Assembly (NCBI GenBank): GCA_007135605.1
Contig: SLIN01000105.1
Span: 1 to 55,587, forward strand
Direction of reading: 5' to 3'
Source of the DNA: Spirochaetales bacterium
GTDB taxonomy: Bacteria; Spirochaetota; Spirochaetia; DSM-27196; SKKC01
DNA length: 55,587 nucleotides
Shown here: piece by piece, positions 25,519 through 34,776 of the stretch
How positions within the stretch are numbered: the first letter of the stretch is position 1
How the letters are laid out: every line of letters begins with the position of its first letter
Notes under the pieces: generated by a model
Databases searched by the model: none
The model's input: only the letters and a program-made list of their open reading frames with translations
Told to the model about the DNA's origin: nothing
Made by a program: the position numbers and the translations under genes

Positions 25519-26628
25519 TCAGAACTCCGTACGTACTCCGATAAAGCCCTCAAACAGCTCGGTCGGATCGTACGGTATCAGTTTTGCCTGTGTTCGTATT
25601 TCCCAAGTGATCCCCCCGGAGCTCAGTTGCAGGAACGGCGTCGTCGAGAACGAAAACTGTTCGTCTGCGTCAGGTCGTACGGCCAGACGAGTCTCTACGC
25701 CGGCGGCAGCATCGCCGTTCCGGATGTCGCCCAACTCCAACCTGAGATTGGTGTCGATCGAGCCGCCCTGATTGGTAGCCACCTGGTCGTACACGTCCGG
25801 CTGCCAGAAAAAGCTTAACGTCGTTCCAAGGATGCCGAGCCGCACCCGTGGCTCAAACAGGAAAAAGAAGTCGCTCACACCGATCTCATCGCCGGTGGCC
25901 GGTTCAATCGCCGGAAGTGCCACTTGCAGAAGCAATGAGTCACCCTGGGGGGATCGAAGGTTCGCGAGCACTCCCGCGCGATATCGACCGACAGCAGCGA
26001 GGGGATACGTCGCTCCTACGAACGCTTCGAGCTGAACCGCATCGAAGTTCAGCATCGCCTGAATATCCGACGAAAAAACCCCGGGGTCGAAACGATTGTC
26101 CTGATATGTGTATGCGGAAAACTCCACCCGATTCCATTGGTCGTTTGTCGACACAGCGAGTCCGGTTCCCGAAACGCCGTACATTCCCTCGAACCTCGGA
26201 CCGTCCGGAAAGTACATGAACCCACGGAAACGTGTCGATACCGGGTCCGTTCCGAATCTTCGCGGGAACTCGTCGCCCGTGCCGAGACGAGCGAACTCCC
26301 CGACGAAGTAGCTCACCGACAGCTCGGTCCCTCCAAGCTCACGCATTTCTACACTCGCGCTGCGAATACGTGGAATGTTCGAAATGGTCGGGTCGTCAAA
26401 CGTCTCCGACTGAATTCCGAGCGTCACGCTCGGCCTGGCCAAGAAACCGCTGCGCAACGTCAGGCCGAGATCGCCGAACGTTTGCAGCCCGAGCGTGCCA
26501 TCGTCGACCCGATTGACACGAGTAACGAACTCGAACGGCCGTATTTCCACATCTGCGGCGGGCAACGACACGCCGGCAGCAATAAACAACACTCCAAACA
26601 GCAATACAGTTTGAGATATACGTCTCAT
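25519..26628 (-). CDS. Secreted beta-strand-rich protein, putative outer-membrane beta-barrel
   Basis: This is a 369-aa ORF with the signal peptide MRRISQTVLLFGVLFIAAGVSLPAAD. The C-terminus ...FIGVRTEF ends in Phe, as in BAM substrates. A 5-nt gap separates it from the next gene. Confidence 0.7.
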   Translation of the reverse strand: MRRISQTVLLFGVLFIAAGVSLPAADVEIRPFEFVTRVNRVDDGTLGLQTFGDLGLTLRSGFLARPSVTLGIQSETFDDPTISNIPRIRSASVEMRELGGTELSVSYFVGEFARLGTGDEFPRRFGTDPVSTRFRGFMYFPDGPRFEGMYGVSGTGLAVSTNDQWNRVEFSAYTYQDNRFDPGVFSSDIQAMLNFDAVQLEAFVGATYPLAAVGRYRAGVLANLRSPQGDSLLLQVALPAIEPATGDEIGVSDFFFLFEPRVRLGILGTTLSFFWQPDVYDQVATNQGGSIDTNLRLELGDIRNGDAAAGVETRLAVRPDADEQFSFSTTPFLQLSSGGITWEIRTQAKLIPYDPTELFEGFIGVRTEF

Positions 26629-26745
26629 CTACGGATCCTTGAGCACTCAGAAATCATTCGACTCTACCACACTAGTATCGTACATTTCGCTCGCACTTTC
26701 GAATCCTTGACGAAGTGGCCGTTCTAGCTAAGATTTAGGGCGCAC

Positions 26746-29196
26746 ATGAGTGACTACCTGGATCCCGGCAACGAGGAGCTGCTCAAAGATTTCTTTGTGG
26801 AAGCGTATGCCCAGGTTGATGTTCTCGAGCAGAACATTCTCGTTCTCGAGAGCGATACCTCCAACGCAGACTCGATCGATGAGATCTTTCGGGCCGCCCA
26901 TACGCTCAAGGGAGCCTCCGCGACCGTCCAAATGGATGAGTTGACGGAGTTCACCCATCTTGTTGAAGATGTGTTCGACGCGATACGCAGTGGCTCGCAG
27001 GCGGTTGACAGCGATCTCGTAGATACGCTCCTGCGCTCGGTGGATGTGATCAAAGAAATGCTCCATGCCAGGGGCGAAGGAAGTATCTATTCCGGCGATC
27101 CGGAACCGTTGAAACGAGTGCTTCGGGAAGCTCTTGGAGTAGAACAATCGTCCGAATCGACAGGTATGCAACCGCACGTCTCAGTCGACGGATCCAGCGA
27201 GAAGCAAAGCGCAGAGACGGATGGGCGCGAGAGGCGTGACGAGAACGAACAGCGTTCGCCGGAAAGGGGAACACCACCCGGCGGATTGTCGGAGTACGAT
27301 GTACTCGAGCTGCGACAGGCGGCCGGAGCCGGCCAGGCAGTCTATCAGATTTCCGTCCGGTTCAACGCCGATAATCCAATGAACACGGTCGGAGGTATTC
27401 AGATCTTCGCCGCCCTGAAGGACGTCGGGCAGGTTTTGAGAACCGAGCCCGACTTCGAGTCGCTCTATGACGACGTCTTTCATCCGCATGTCATCTACTG
27501 GATCTCGACTGAACGTGACGAGGAGACCATCAGGGAACGCATAGATATCTCGGATGTCGTGACGAGCTTAGAGATAAGCGGTATCGGTAATGAGCCGAGC
27601 ACACATCGTACCGAAGAGGCATACGATTTCTCGTCGGAAGGCGAATCAAGGCAAGCCGAGACGAAGGGCCCGGATCAGGAAACTGAGATAGACGAGCCCG
27701 CGCAGGTTTCTACCGGAGCAACACCGGTCAGCGGGCAGCAATCCGACGGTGCGCCGACCGATCACTCCGAGGGAGCCGAGGGACGGAAACGCGCCGATAC
27801 CGGTTCAATCCTGCGCGTCGACAGTCGTCGTATCGACGACCTACTGAACCTTGTCAGCGAGACCGTTATTATTAAAGCAGGTTTCAATCAGCTCAGTGAG
27901 CAGTTCGGCGAAAGTCTTCAGGAACTGCAGAATAGCGAGAGTGAATACCGAGAGACGTTGAAGCAGCTTTTCGATTCGCTTCCGGACTATTTGCAGCAGA
28001 TACAGGACGGAACGAGTCCAAAAGACGTTCGACGAGCAATAACGGAGAGGTTCGGTCACCTGTACGACGTCTTTGATCGATTCGAGAACAGCGTCAAAGG
28101 AAGCGTTCAACGCTTTCGATCGAGCAGCCAGAATCTCGGACGAGTCACCAGTGAATTGCAGGAAGGTGTAATGCGGATTCGGATGGTCCCGATTTCGCAG
28201 ATATTCTCGCGGTTTCCTCGCCTGGTACGCGATTTGAGCCGATCACTCACAAAAGAAATATCGCTTATTATCGAAGGCGAAGATACCGAGCTCGACAAGA
28301 GCGTCATAGAAGATCTGCTCGATCCGTTGATCCACTGCGCCCGCAACTCGATCGACCATGGCATCGAGAGTCCGAGCGAGCGGCGAAGGAAAAACAAACC
28401 CGACTCGGGAACGTTGCGTCTGAAGGCGAGCAACGAAGGCAACATGATCCTGATCGAAGTATCGGACGACGGTCAGGGAATCGATGTCGAGAGCGTGCGC
28501 AAGAAGGCGATCGAACGGGGCCTCATTCATCCGAATAAGAACCTGAGTGATGTAGAGGCGCATAACCTCATTTTCGACCCCGGCTTCTCGACGGCAAAAG
28601 AAGTCACCAACGTTTCCGGACGCGGCGTTGGCCTCGATGTCGTCCAGCAGCAGATCCGCAAATTGAACGGAACGGTTTCGGTCTGGAGTGAACGCGAACA
28701 CGGTACCAGGTTCACGATTAAAATCCCCTTGACCCTGGCAATTATTCAAGGGCTGCTCGTCCGCGTTGGTAAGGAGCTTTACGCCATTCCGATCACGAGC
28801 GTGCTCGAAAGCCATAGGATTCGCCCGTCCGATATAAAGCTTATCGACAACTACGAAGTCATTAACGTACGCGAGGACGTCGTAAGCCTCGTCCGATTGA
28901 ATCAGCTGTTTCGTATATCCTCTGAAGAGGCGAAAGAGTACCACTTCGTTGTGGTAGTGGGGAGCGGCGACCGAAAGATGGGACTGATCGTTGACGAGCT
29001 GATTGGAGAAGAGGACGTTGTCATAAAGCCGCTGCGCGACCACTACACGAATGTGCCCGGTATTGCAGGCGCAAATATCACGGGCGACGGAACGGTAAGC
29101 TTGATCATCGACGTAAGCCAGCTGCTGGATCTCGGATTGCAGCGCGAACGCGAACAGCGACGGCATCGTGAGACGCCGATTCGGACGAATCGCTGA
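26746..29196 (+). CDS. cheA: Chemotaxis histidine kinase CheA
   Basis: This is an 816-aa ORF. The HPt His lies in FRAAHTLKGASATV. Kinase boxes are HCARNSIDHGIE, SDDGQGID and GFSTA...SGRGVGLDVV. The C-terminal P5 domain is CheW-like. Confidence 0.95.
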   Translation: MSDYLDPGNEELLKDFFVEAYAQVDVLEQNILVLESDTSNADSIDEIFRAAHTLKGASATVQMDELTEFTHLVEDVFDAIRSGSQAVDSDLVDTLLRSVDVIKEMLHARGEGSIYSGDPEPLKRVLREALGVEQSSESTGMQPHVSVDGSSEKQSAETDGRERRDENEQRSPERGTPPGGLSEYDVLELRQAAGAGQAVYQISVRFNADNPMNTVGGIQIFAALKDVGQVLRTEPDFESLYDDVFHPHVIYWISTERDEETIRERIDISDVVTSLEISGIGNEPSTHRTEEAYDFSSEGESRQAETKGPDQETEIDEPAQVSTGATPVSGQQSDGAPTDHSEGAEGRKRADTGSILRVDSRRIDDLLNLVSETVIIKAGFNQLSEQFGESLQELQNSESEYRETLKQLFDSLPDYLQQIQDGTSPKDVRRAITERFGHLYDVFDRFENSVKGSVQRFRSSSQNLGRVTSELQEGVMRIRMVPISQIFSRFPRLVRDLSRSLTKEISLIIEGEDTELDKSVIEDLLDPLIHCARNSIDHGIESPSERRRKNKPDSGTLRLKASNEGNMILIEVSDDGQGIDVESVRKKAIERGLIHPNKNLSDVEAHNLIFDPGFSTAKEVTNVSGRGVGLDVVQQQIRKLNGTVSVWSEREHGTRFTIKIPLTLAIIQGLLVRVGKELYAIPITSVLESHRIRPSDIKLIDNYEVINVREDVVSLVRLNQLFRISSEEAKEYHFVVVVGSGDRKMGLIVDELIGEEDVVIKPLRDHYTNVPGIAGANITGDGTVSLIIDVSQLLDLGLQREREQRRHRETPIRTNR

Positions 29197-29217
29197 AAGC
29201 GAAGGGATGATTCACCG

Positions 29218-30642
29218 ATGAGCAGCGAAGATACATCCACCAGATCGTTCGGCCGAGTCCCCGGAGCGGCGATCGAAGGCACCATGATCTCTCGAGACTC
29301 CGAACGTGGCGTCGAGGATCACACCGAAACTATCGATTACAAGATGGTAACGTTCTCGCTCGGCGGGAAAGATTACGGTATCGACATAATGAACGTGAAG
29401 GAGATTGCCAAGTTTCATACCTTCACCTATGTTCCCAATGCGCCTCCATTCGTGCGAGGTGTATACAATCTTCGAGGCGATATAATCTCGATTATCGACC
29501 TGAGATTGATGTTCAATCTCCCGGCCGAACAGAAGGACGACAATCAGCCGGAGGACGGGCTCATAATCCGGATGGAAAACCATATGCTCGGCGTAATCGT
29601 CGACAACGTCGCACGCGTCGTCGGTATTTCCCGTCGCGCTATCCAGCCGCCTCATCCGATCTTCGCCGACATCAATTTGAAGTACATCAGCGGGGTAGTC
29701 GAGCACGAGAGCAGACTCTACATCATACTCGATGTTGAACGGATATTCCACCGCGACGGTGGCGTATCGGAGCGCAGTGACCCCGGCCGCACCGAACCCG
29801 ACACCCGACCGATGGGCCAATTCGGCGGAGAGTTTCCGGCACATGCAACAGAACCCCAGCCGGTGACACACTCCCGGGCGAGCGGAGACGAGCGGCAGGT
29901 CGACTTCGAATTCGTTCGCGAAACACTTGCAACCTTCGCAGGTTTTCATGCGAGTGAAGTGAACCGTCAGTGGCTACGTCGACGTTTCGAGGATTGGAGA
30001 AGAGAACGCGAATCCGTGAACAAGGATGTACAACTGGCATCAACCGAGGACGCCGAGATGTTCCTCGAGCCGTTTTACTCGCCGTCGACGAACGCCTTCT
30101 GGAGCGAGCAGTACGTACGTCGATTCGCCTCGATCCTGCCGGCTGCCGAGCATCCCTCGGCTTTCACGGCGTGGAATATCGGCTGTGGAAAGGGATTTGA
30201 AACGTACAGCCTCGCACTCACGCTGCGGGACGCGCTACCGGAAAGTCGGCTCAAGATCTGGGCAAATGATAACGATTTGCTTGGTGTTTCCACGGCCCCG
30301 AACCTCGTCTTTTCTGCCGGCGTCGTTCCGGAGTTATTCAGACGCTACGTCGTGGCCGGGAGGAATGGCTATAGCTTCAGTCACGAGATACGCGATCTGA
30401 TCGTTTTCGAGTATCATGATGTAACGAATCCGAGCGCGGTGCCCGAGATGGATCTCATCGTTGTACGGGATGTTCTTTCGTTCATGCCGGTAGACGATCA
30501 ACAAGCCGTCATCGAGAGAATCGGCGAAAAAGCAAAACCAGGAGCTATCGCCGTGCTCGGTGAAAACGAGCGTATGCCGGTTCCCGAGATCTGGGAGCCG
30601 ATCGAGCAGGCGCCCAGCGGAGTCTACCGAAAAGTAGAGTGA
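29218..30642 (+). CDS. CheW domain fused to a CheR-like methyltransferase-fold domain
   Basis: This is a 474-aa ORF. The N-terminal CheW domain reads KMVTFSLGGKDYGIDIMNVKEI...VRGVYNLRGDIISIIDL...GVIVDNVARVV. The C-terminal ~270 aa are colinear with CheR (STNAFWSEQY, AWNIGCGKGFETYSLA, KIWANDND, DLIVVRDVLSFM). Confidence 0.9.
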   Translation: MSSEDTSTRSFGRVPGAAIEGTMISRDSERGVEDHTETIDYKMVTFSLGGKDYGIDIMNVKEIAKFHTFTYVPNAPPFVRGVYNLRGDIISIIDLRLMFNLPAEQKDDNQPEDGLIIRMENHMLGVIVDNVARVVGISRRAIQPPHPIFADINLKYISGVVEHESRLYIILDVERIFHRDGGVSERSDPGRTEPDTRPMGQFGGEFPAHATEPQPVTHSRASGDERQVDFEFVRETLATFAGFHASEVNRQWLRRRFEDWRRERESVNKDVQLASTEDAEMFLEPFYSPSTNAFWSEQYVRRFASILPAAEHPSAFTAWNIGCGKGFETYSLALTLRDALPESRLKIWANDNDLLGVSTAPNLVFSAGVVPELFRRYVVAGRNGYSFSHEIRDLIVFEYHDVTNPSAVPEMDLIVVRDVLSFMPVDDQQAVIERIGEKAKPGAIAVLGENERMPVPEIWEPIEQAPSGVYRKVE

Positions 30643-30670
30643 AAGCAAACAGAAAAGGAACTTCAGTGTA

Positions 30671-31147
30671 ATGCGTGTCGAATACATCAACCCGTTTGTA
30701 GAATCTGCCTATAGTGTCATTCAGGAAGTGTTGAACGTCGAAGTCAAGCGTGGCGAACTCTACCTCAAATCGTCGTCGATCCCGGTTCTCGGAGTTGCCG
30801 CCATCGTCGGACTTGCCGGCGACGTCGAAGGGCGCGTTCTTTTTGATATGACCAGAGAGTCGGCACTGAAGGTTGCGAACGATATGCTCAAATCGATGGA
30901 TATGGATCAGATCGACTCGCTGAACGACATGGGACGAGCGACGATCACCGAGCTCGCAAACATGATTACCGGTCAAGCCGTAACGAAGCTGCACAATCTC
31001 GGTTTCAAGTTTGACCTGACCCCGCCCGCGATATTCACCGGTGACAATATGGAGGTCAGCGACCCCGGAGTAGAGGCGTTGATCGTACCGATGGAGATTC
31101 CGCAAGGCAAAATCGAGATCAATGTTGCCATACGCGAGCGGACATGA
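30671..31147 (+). CDS. cheX: CheY-P phosphatase CheX
   Basis: This is a 158-aa ORF with MRVEYINPFVESAYSVIQEVL, GDVEGRVLFDM, ELANMITGQAVTKL and FDLTPPAIFTG. Its operon position matches cheX in Treponema and Borrelia. Confidence 0.9.
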   Translation: MRVEYINPFVESAYSVIQEVLNVEVKRGELYLKSSSIPVLGVAAIVGLAGDVEGRVLFDMTRESALKVANDMLKSMDMDQIDSLNDMGRATITELANMITGQAVTKLHNLGFKFDLTPPAIFTGDNMEVSDPGVEALIVPMEIPQGKIEINVAIRERT

Positions 31148-31177
31148 TCTTGTCAGCATCATGAGAGGAATCCGTCA

Positions 31178-31615
31178 ATGAAGGCAAAACAGGACTTTCC
31201 CGCCATAAATGAACGGGAGCAGATCGGGTTAAAAGCCCCCGGCGAGCCGTATCGGGTTCTAATTGTCGACGACTCGATGTTCGTTACGAAGCAAATCAGC
31301 CAGATACTTTCTTCCGAAGGTTTCGAGGTCGTCGGGACCGCTGCCGATGGAGGCGAGGGGGTCGAAAAATACAAGGAGCTATTTCCGAATGTCGACCTCG
31401 TTACCATGGATATCACCATGCCGACGATGGACGGGGTGACGGCACTTGAAAAAATCATCGAATTCGACAAGAATGCATGTGTAGTAATGATAAGTGCTCT
31501 CGGCAAGCAGGACTTGGTGAAAAAGTCCTTGATAATGGGAGCAAAGAACTATATCGTCAAGCCCCTGGATCGCAAAAAGGTGCTTGAACGGATTGTAATG
31601 TCACTCAGCGCATAG
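31178..31615 (+). CDS. cheY: Chemotaxis response regulator CheY
   Basis: This is a 145-aa single receiver domain (RVLIVDDS, DLVTMDITMPTMDG, MISALG, AKNYIVKP). It has a ~25-aa N-terminal extension. Confidence 0.95.
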   Translation: MKAKQDFPAINEREQIGLKAPGEPYRVLIVDDSMFVTKQISQILSSEGFEVVGTAADGGEGVEKYKELFPNVDLVTMDITMPTMDGVTALEKIIEFDKNACVVMISALGKQDLVKKSLIMGAKNYIVKPLDRKKVLERIVMSLSA

Positions 31616-31646
31616 GGACGTCGTGAGAGTAGACTATATCGATTTC

Positions 31647-31720
31647 GGGCGCTTAGCTCAGTTGGTTAGAGTGCTTGCTTGACATGCAAGAGGTCACTGG
31701 TTCAAATCCAGTAGCGCCCA
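31647..31720 (+). tRNA. tRNA-Val (anticodon GAC)
   Basis: Folded by hand: acceptor GGGCGCT/AGCGCCC, anticodon stem CTTGC/GCAAG with loop TTGACAT, T-arm ACTGG-TTCAAAT-CCAGT, discriminator A. No CCA is encoded. Confidence 0.9.
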
Positions 31721-31854
31721 ACGCCCGTAAACGGCGATTCCGACTTCGACGCCGCGAGAAGAAGTCGCGGCGCACAAAAGGAACGCACGCAGTCGGTATA
31801 CAAGCGCCTTCAGAGCAATCCGGGTTATCGGCAGACTCAAACGGGAGAGGCAGC

Positions 31855-32577
31855 TTGAATCACACGTTACGCTCCGAGAAGCTTGTGGCTGCCGGAGTGC
31901 ATTCCTTCACTTCGCTCGGTGTCGTACTCGGCTTCATGGCGTTGCGTTCCATCTTGCACAGTGATCCGTCGGGCGCGCTGCTCTGGCTCGGTGTTGCCAT
32001 GGTCGTGGACGGTCTCGACGGACCGATGGCCCGCCATTTCCGGATTAGTGAAAAGCTTCCACACGTCGACGGCGCCGTACTCGATAAGGTAATTGACTAC
32101 CTTACGTACGCGCTCATACCGGCCATTTTTCTCTACTATTTTGAGCTCATTCCGGCAGGGTGGGGTATCGCGGCCGCAGCGGTGGTACTCATGACCTCGC
32201 TCTACTCGTTCGCCAATCGAGAACTAAAAACCCGCGACAACTTCTTCGACGGATTCCCTGCCACATGGAACCTCGTCATACTCGGCTTTTATCTGCTCGG
32301 AAGTGGCCCCGTCCTCAACGGCGTTGTGGTGGTCCTATGTGGCGTGCTTACCTTCTTCCCCGTCAAGTTCATCCACCCGTTTCGCGTGAAATCGATGCGC
32401 CCGGTTACCATAGTCATGACAATCATGTGGGCCCTGGTAACCGTACACCTTATCACCCGTCGCGGAGCAGGAACCGACCTCTTTCAAGAGGAACCGGCCG
32501 CGCTTCTATTTTTCTCGATCGTATCGTGTTACTTCATCGTGCTAAGCATCATCCGCTCCGTTCGAGGACGCCTGTAG
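31855..32577 (+). CDS. pcs: Phosphatidylcholine synthase (CDP-alcohol phosphatidyltransferase family)
   Basis: The track ORF start (31675) lies inside tRNA-Val. I propose the in-frame TTG at 31855, preceded by GGGAGAGG, which gives 240 aa. DGLDGPMARHFRISEKLPHVDGAVLDKVIDYLTY has the Pcs-type spacing DG-x2-AR-x12-G-x3-D-x3-D. The protein is colinear with rhizobial Pcs as I remember it (FFDGFPATWNLV, FIHPFRVK). Confidence 0.85.
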   Translation: MNHTLRSEKLVAAGVHSFTSLGVVLGFMALRSILHSDPSGALLWLGVAMVVDGLDGPMARHFRISEKLPHVDGAVLDKVIDYLTYALIPAIFLYYFELIPAGWGIAAAAVVLMTSLYSFANRELKTRDNFFDGFPATWNLVILGFYLLGSGPVLNGVVVVLCGVLTFFPVKFIHPFRVKSMRPVTIVMTIMWALVTVHLITRRGAGTDLFQEEPAALLFFSIVSCYFIVLSIIRSVRGRL

Positions 32578-32619
32578 AAGCTTCCGCGGCATCGCAACCG
32601 CTACGCCTTACTCGTTCGT

Positions 32620-34638
32620 TTACTGCTGGCCGAGTTTTGCACGAATGAGACTGAAGTAGTCACGCGCTTCTGCCTGCTCGACCGGTTCTTCGGGTTCGTG
32701 CATTTCAACCAACGAATGCGGAATCTCGCCCAGAAACGGGGAGGGGCTGCAGGCAACAATCTCCCGCATGATCGAACGCTCGCGACAGCTCGTAAGGTAC
32801 AGCTTCTCCATCGCACGGGTAAGCGCGACATAGAACAACCTGCGCTCTTCCTCCACATTTGCCGGGTCCTCCTCCAGCGCCCTCTTGTGCGGCAGAATTC
32901 CGTCCTCGCACCCGACAAGAAATACTACACGAAACTCCAAGCCCTTTGCCGCATGAATCGTCATAAGGTTAACGCGGCCTGAGTCCTCGCTGTCTTCCTC
33001 ATCGTCCCGGCTTTGCAGGCTTATACGGTTCAGATAGTTGAACAGGGTCGGTTCGAGGTTGTCGGGATGTCGCTCCCACTTTCCGAGACTCTCGCAGAAT
33101 AGCTCGATGTTCCGGTATTTCCAGCGGGCGAGCTTCTCGTTTGTCGGGTGTTCGCTCACCAGATGCTGCCAGTAATCGATGCGCTCAATGAGTGCCGCAA
33201 GGGTATTCGCCATATCACGACGGTTTTTCAGCAGGCGATCCCGGAACTCATGAATCAACTCGACAAACGCCTCCAGGTCGACCGTAACCCGGCGCGGGAG
33301 CGGACTATCGGCAGCATGTAATGCCTGAACGATCGCTGAATACAGCGAACAGCGTCCGGCCCTCGCGATTCTATCCAGCACTTCGACTGTCTTCCGGCCG
33401 AATCCACGACGCGGTGTGTTGAGAATACGGAGAAGACTCATGTCGTCATCTTGATTCGCCATGAGGCGCATATATGAGACGAGATCACGTATCTCACGCC
33501 GATCGAAAAAACTGGTGCCACCGGTCATGCGATACGGCAGGTTCTCCGCGAGGAACGCTTCTTCAATCGACCGGCTCAATGAGTTTGTCCGTATGAGCAC
33601 GCACATCTCCTCGTATCGAATCCGCTCGCGAAGCGCGAGTGTCCGAATCCGCTCGGCGATAAACGCTGCCTCGAGACGTTCGTTGTCGGGATAGAAGAGC
33701 TCGATCGGCCGCCCGCTCTCCTCCCCGGTCCATAGCTTCTTCTCCTTGCGGTTCGTATTATTCCGGATAACGCCGTTCGCCGCCTCGAGTATCGTTGTCG
33801 TTGAGCGGTAGTTCTGTTCGAGGGTTATCTGCGTCTGCTCGGGATAGTCTCGCTCGAACTGGAGAAGGTTCCGATAGTCGGCCCCGCGCCAGCTGTAGAT
33901 ACTCTGATCGTCGTCACCGACGACGCAGAGGTTTCTTGATTCTGAGGATAGAAGATGTATGAAGGTGTATTGATCTTTCGACGTGTCTTGAAACTCGTCG
34001 ACCAGGAAATAGCGGAATCTGTCCCGATACCGATCGAGAATATCCGTTCTCGCACGGAAAAGCTCGATCGGCAGCAGAATAAGGTCATCAAAGTCGACAG
34101 CGTTATACACTCTCAGATGCTTTCTGAACTCATTGAAGAGCTCGCGGTACCGATCACTTTCGTCGGTCCATTCCCTTCTGCCCGTTCGAATATCGGAAAA
34201 GAGAGTAAGAATCGCTTTCAGATCTTCTCCGTCAAGAGAGAAATGAAGCTCTCGTGCGGTCTCTTTCAGGAGCGCAAGCTGGTCGACGGTGTCATAAATG
34301 CTGAAATTATCCCGGTACCCGAGCTCGACGATTGCGTCACGTAATACGCGCACGCCGAAGGCATGGAATGTACTGATTGTCAGCTGCCTGAGCTTTCTGC
34401 CGGTCAGCTCGGCTATGCGATTGCGCATTTCCCGCGCCGCTTTGTTTGTAAACGTGAGCGCGAGGATCTGATTCTGCGGAATCCCGCGCGAGAGCATATA
34501 GGCGATACGGTACGTTATCACCCGGGTCTTGCCGCTGCCGGCGCCTGCGACGATCATCAACGGACGTTCGAACGTGGTTGCCGCCTTATACTGTTGCGGG
34601 TTCAGTTCCTGCCGGAGGTGCTGCTCGAATTCGTGCAT
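32620..34638 (-). CDS. uvrD: ATP-dependent DNA helicase, UvrD/PcrA/Rep family
   Basis: I moved the start to ATG 34638 (MHEFEQHL...). Walker A is AGAGSGKTRV, and other motifs are FTNKAAREM, VDEFQDTS, YRSTTTILEAAN and TIHAAKGLEF. I cannot resolve whether it is UvrD, PcrA or Rep. Confidence 0.9.
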   Translation of the reverse strand: MHEFEQHLRQELNPQQYKAATTFERPLMIVAGAGSGKTRVITYRIAYMLSRGIPQNQILALTFTNKAAREMRNRIAELTGRKLRQLTISTFHAFGVRVLRDAIVELGYRDNFSIYDTVDQLALLKETARELHFSLDGEDLKAILTLFSDIRTGRREWTDESDRYRELFNEFRKHLRVYNAVDFDDLILLPIELFRARTDILDRYRDRFRYFLVDEFQDTSKDQYTFIHLLSSESRNLCVVGDDDQSIYSWRGADYRNLLQFERDYPEQTQITLEQNYRSTTTILEAANGVIRNNTNRKEKKLWTGEESGRPIELFYPDNERLEAAFIAERIRTLALRERIRYEEMCVLIRTNSLSRSIEEAFLAENLPYRMTGGTSFFDRREIRDLVSYMRLMANQDDDMSLLRILNTPRRGFGRKTVEVLDRIARAGRCSLYSAIVQALHAADSPLPRRVTVDLEAFVELIHEFRDRLLKNRRDMANTLAALIERIDYWQHLVSEHPTNEKLARWKYRNIELFCESLGKWERHPDNLEPTLFNYLNRISLQSRDDEEDSEDSGRVNLMTIHAAKGLEFRVVFLVGCEDGILPHKRALEEDPANVEEERRLFYVALTRAMEKLYLTSCRERSIMREIVACSPSPFLGEIPHSLVEMHEPEEPVEQAEARDYFSLIRAKLGQQ

Positions 34639-34776
34639 AGTTCGTTTCCGCGGTAAGCGGAGTGTACTGTACAAGGCCAGGGGGAGCCGCACAAGGGGCT
34701 GTCCGGATCGCCGATTGTTCCCGATGCGCTCCGATGCCGTGGCGTTTCCTCTCCCCGCGAACGAACACAGAACCGT

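Noticed and set aside
26707-26734. TTGACG-N16-TAAGAT as the cheA promoter.
   Set aside because: The -10 ends only 11 nt before ATG 26746, yet a weak SD-like AGGG sits in between. The geometry is inconsistent, so I do not call it. The real promoter may lie further upstream.
27121-27796. About 230 aa between the CheA HPt and dimerisation domains, considered as a novel inserted domain.
   Set aside because: It is most simply an ordinary P2-type domain flanked by long acidic linkers. I cannot show anything more from the sequence alone.
28243-29166. 307-aa minus-strand ORF.
   Set aside because: It is antisense to the cheA kinase/P5 region.
31675-31854. 5' part of the 300-aa ORF preceding pcs.
   Set aside because: It begins inside tRNA-Val and encodes a basic low-complexity peptide. 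A Pcs-length protein starts at TTG 31855, which has an SD.
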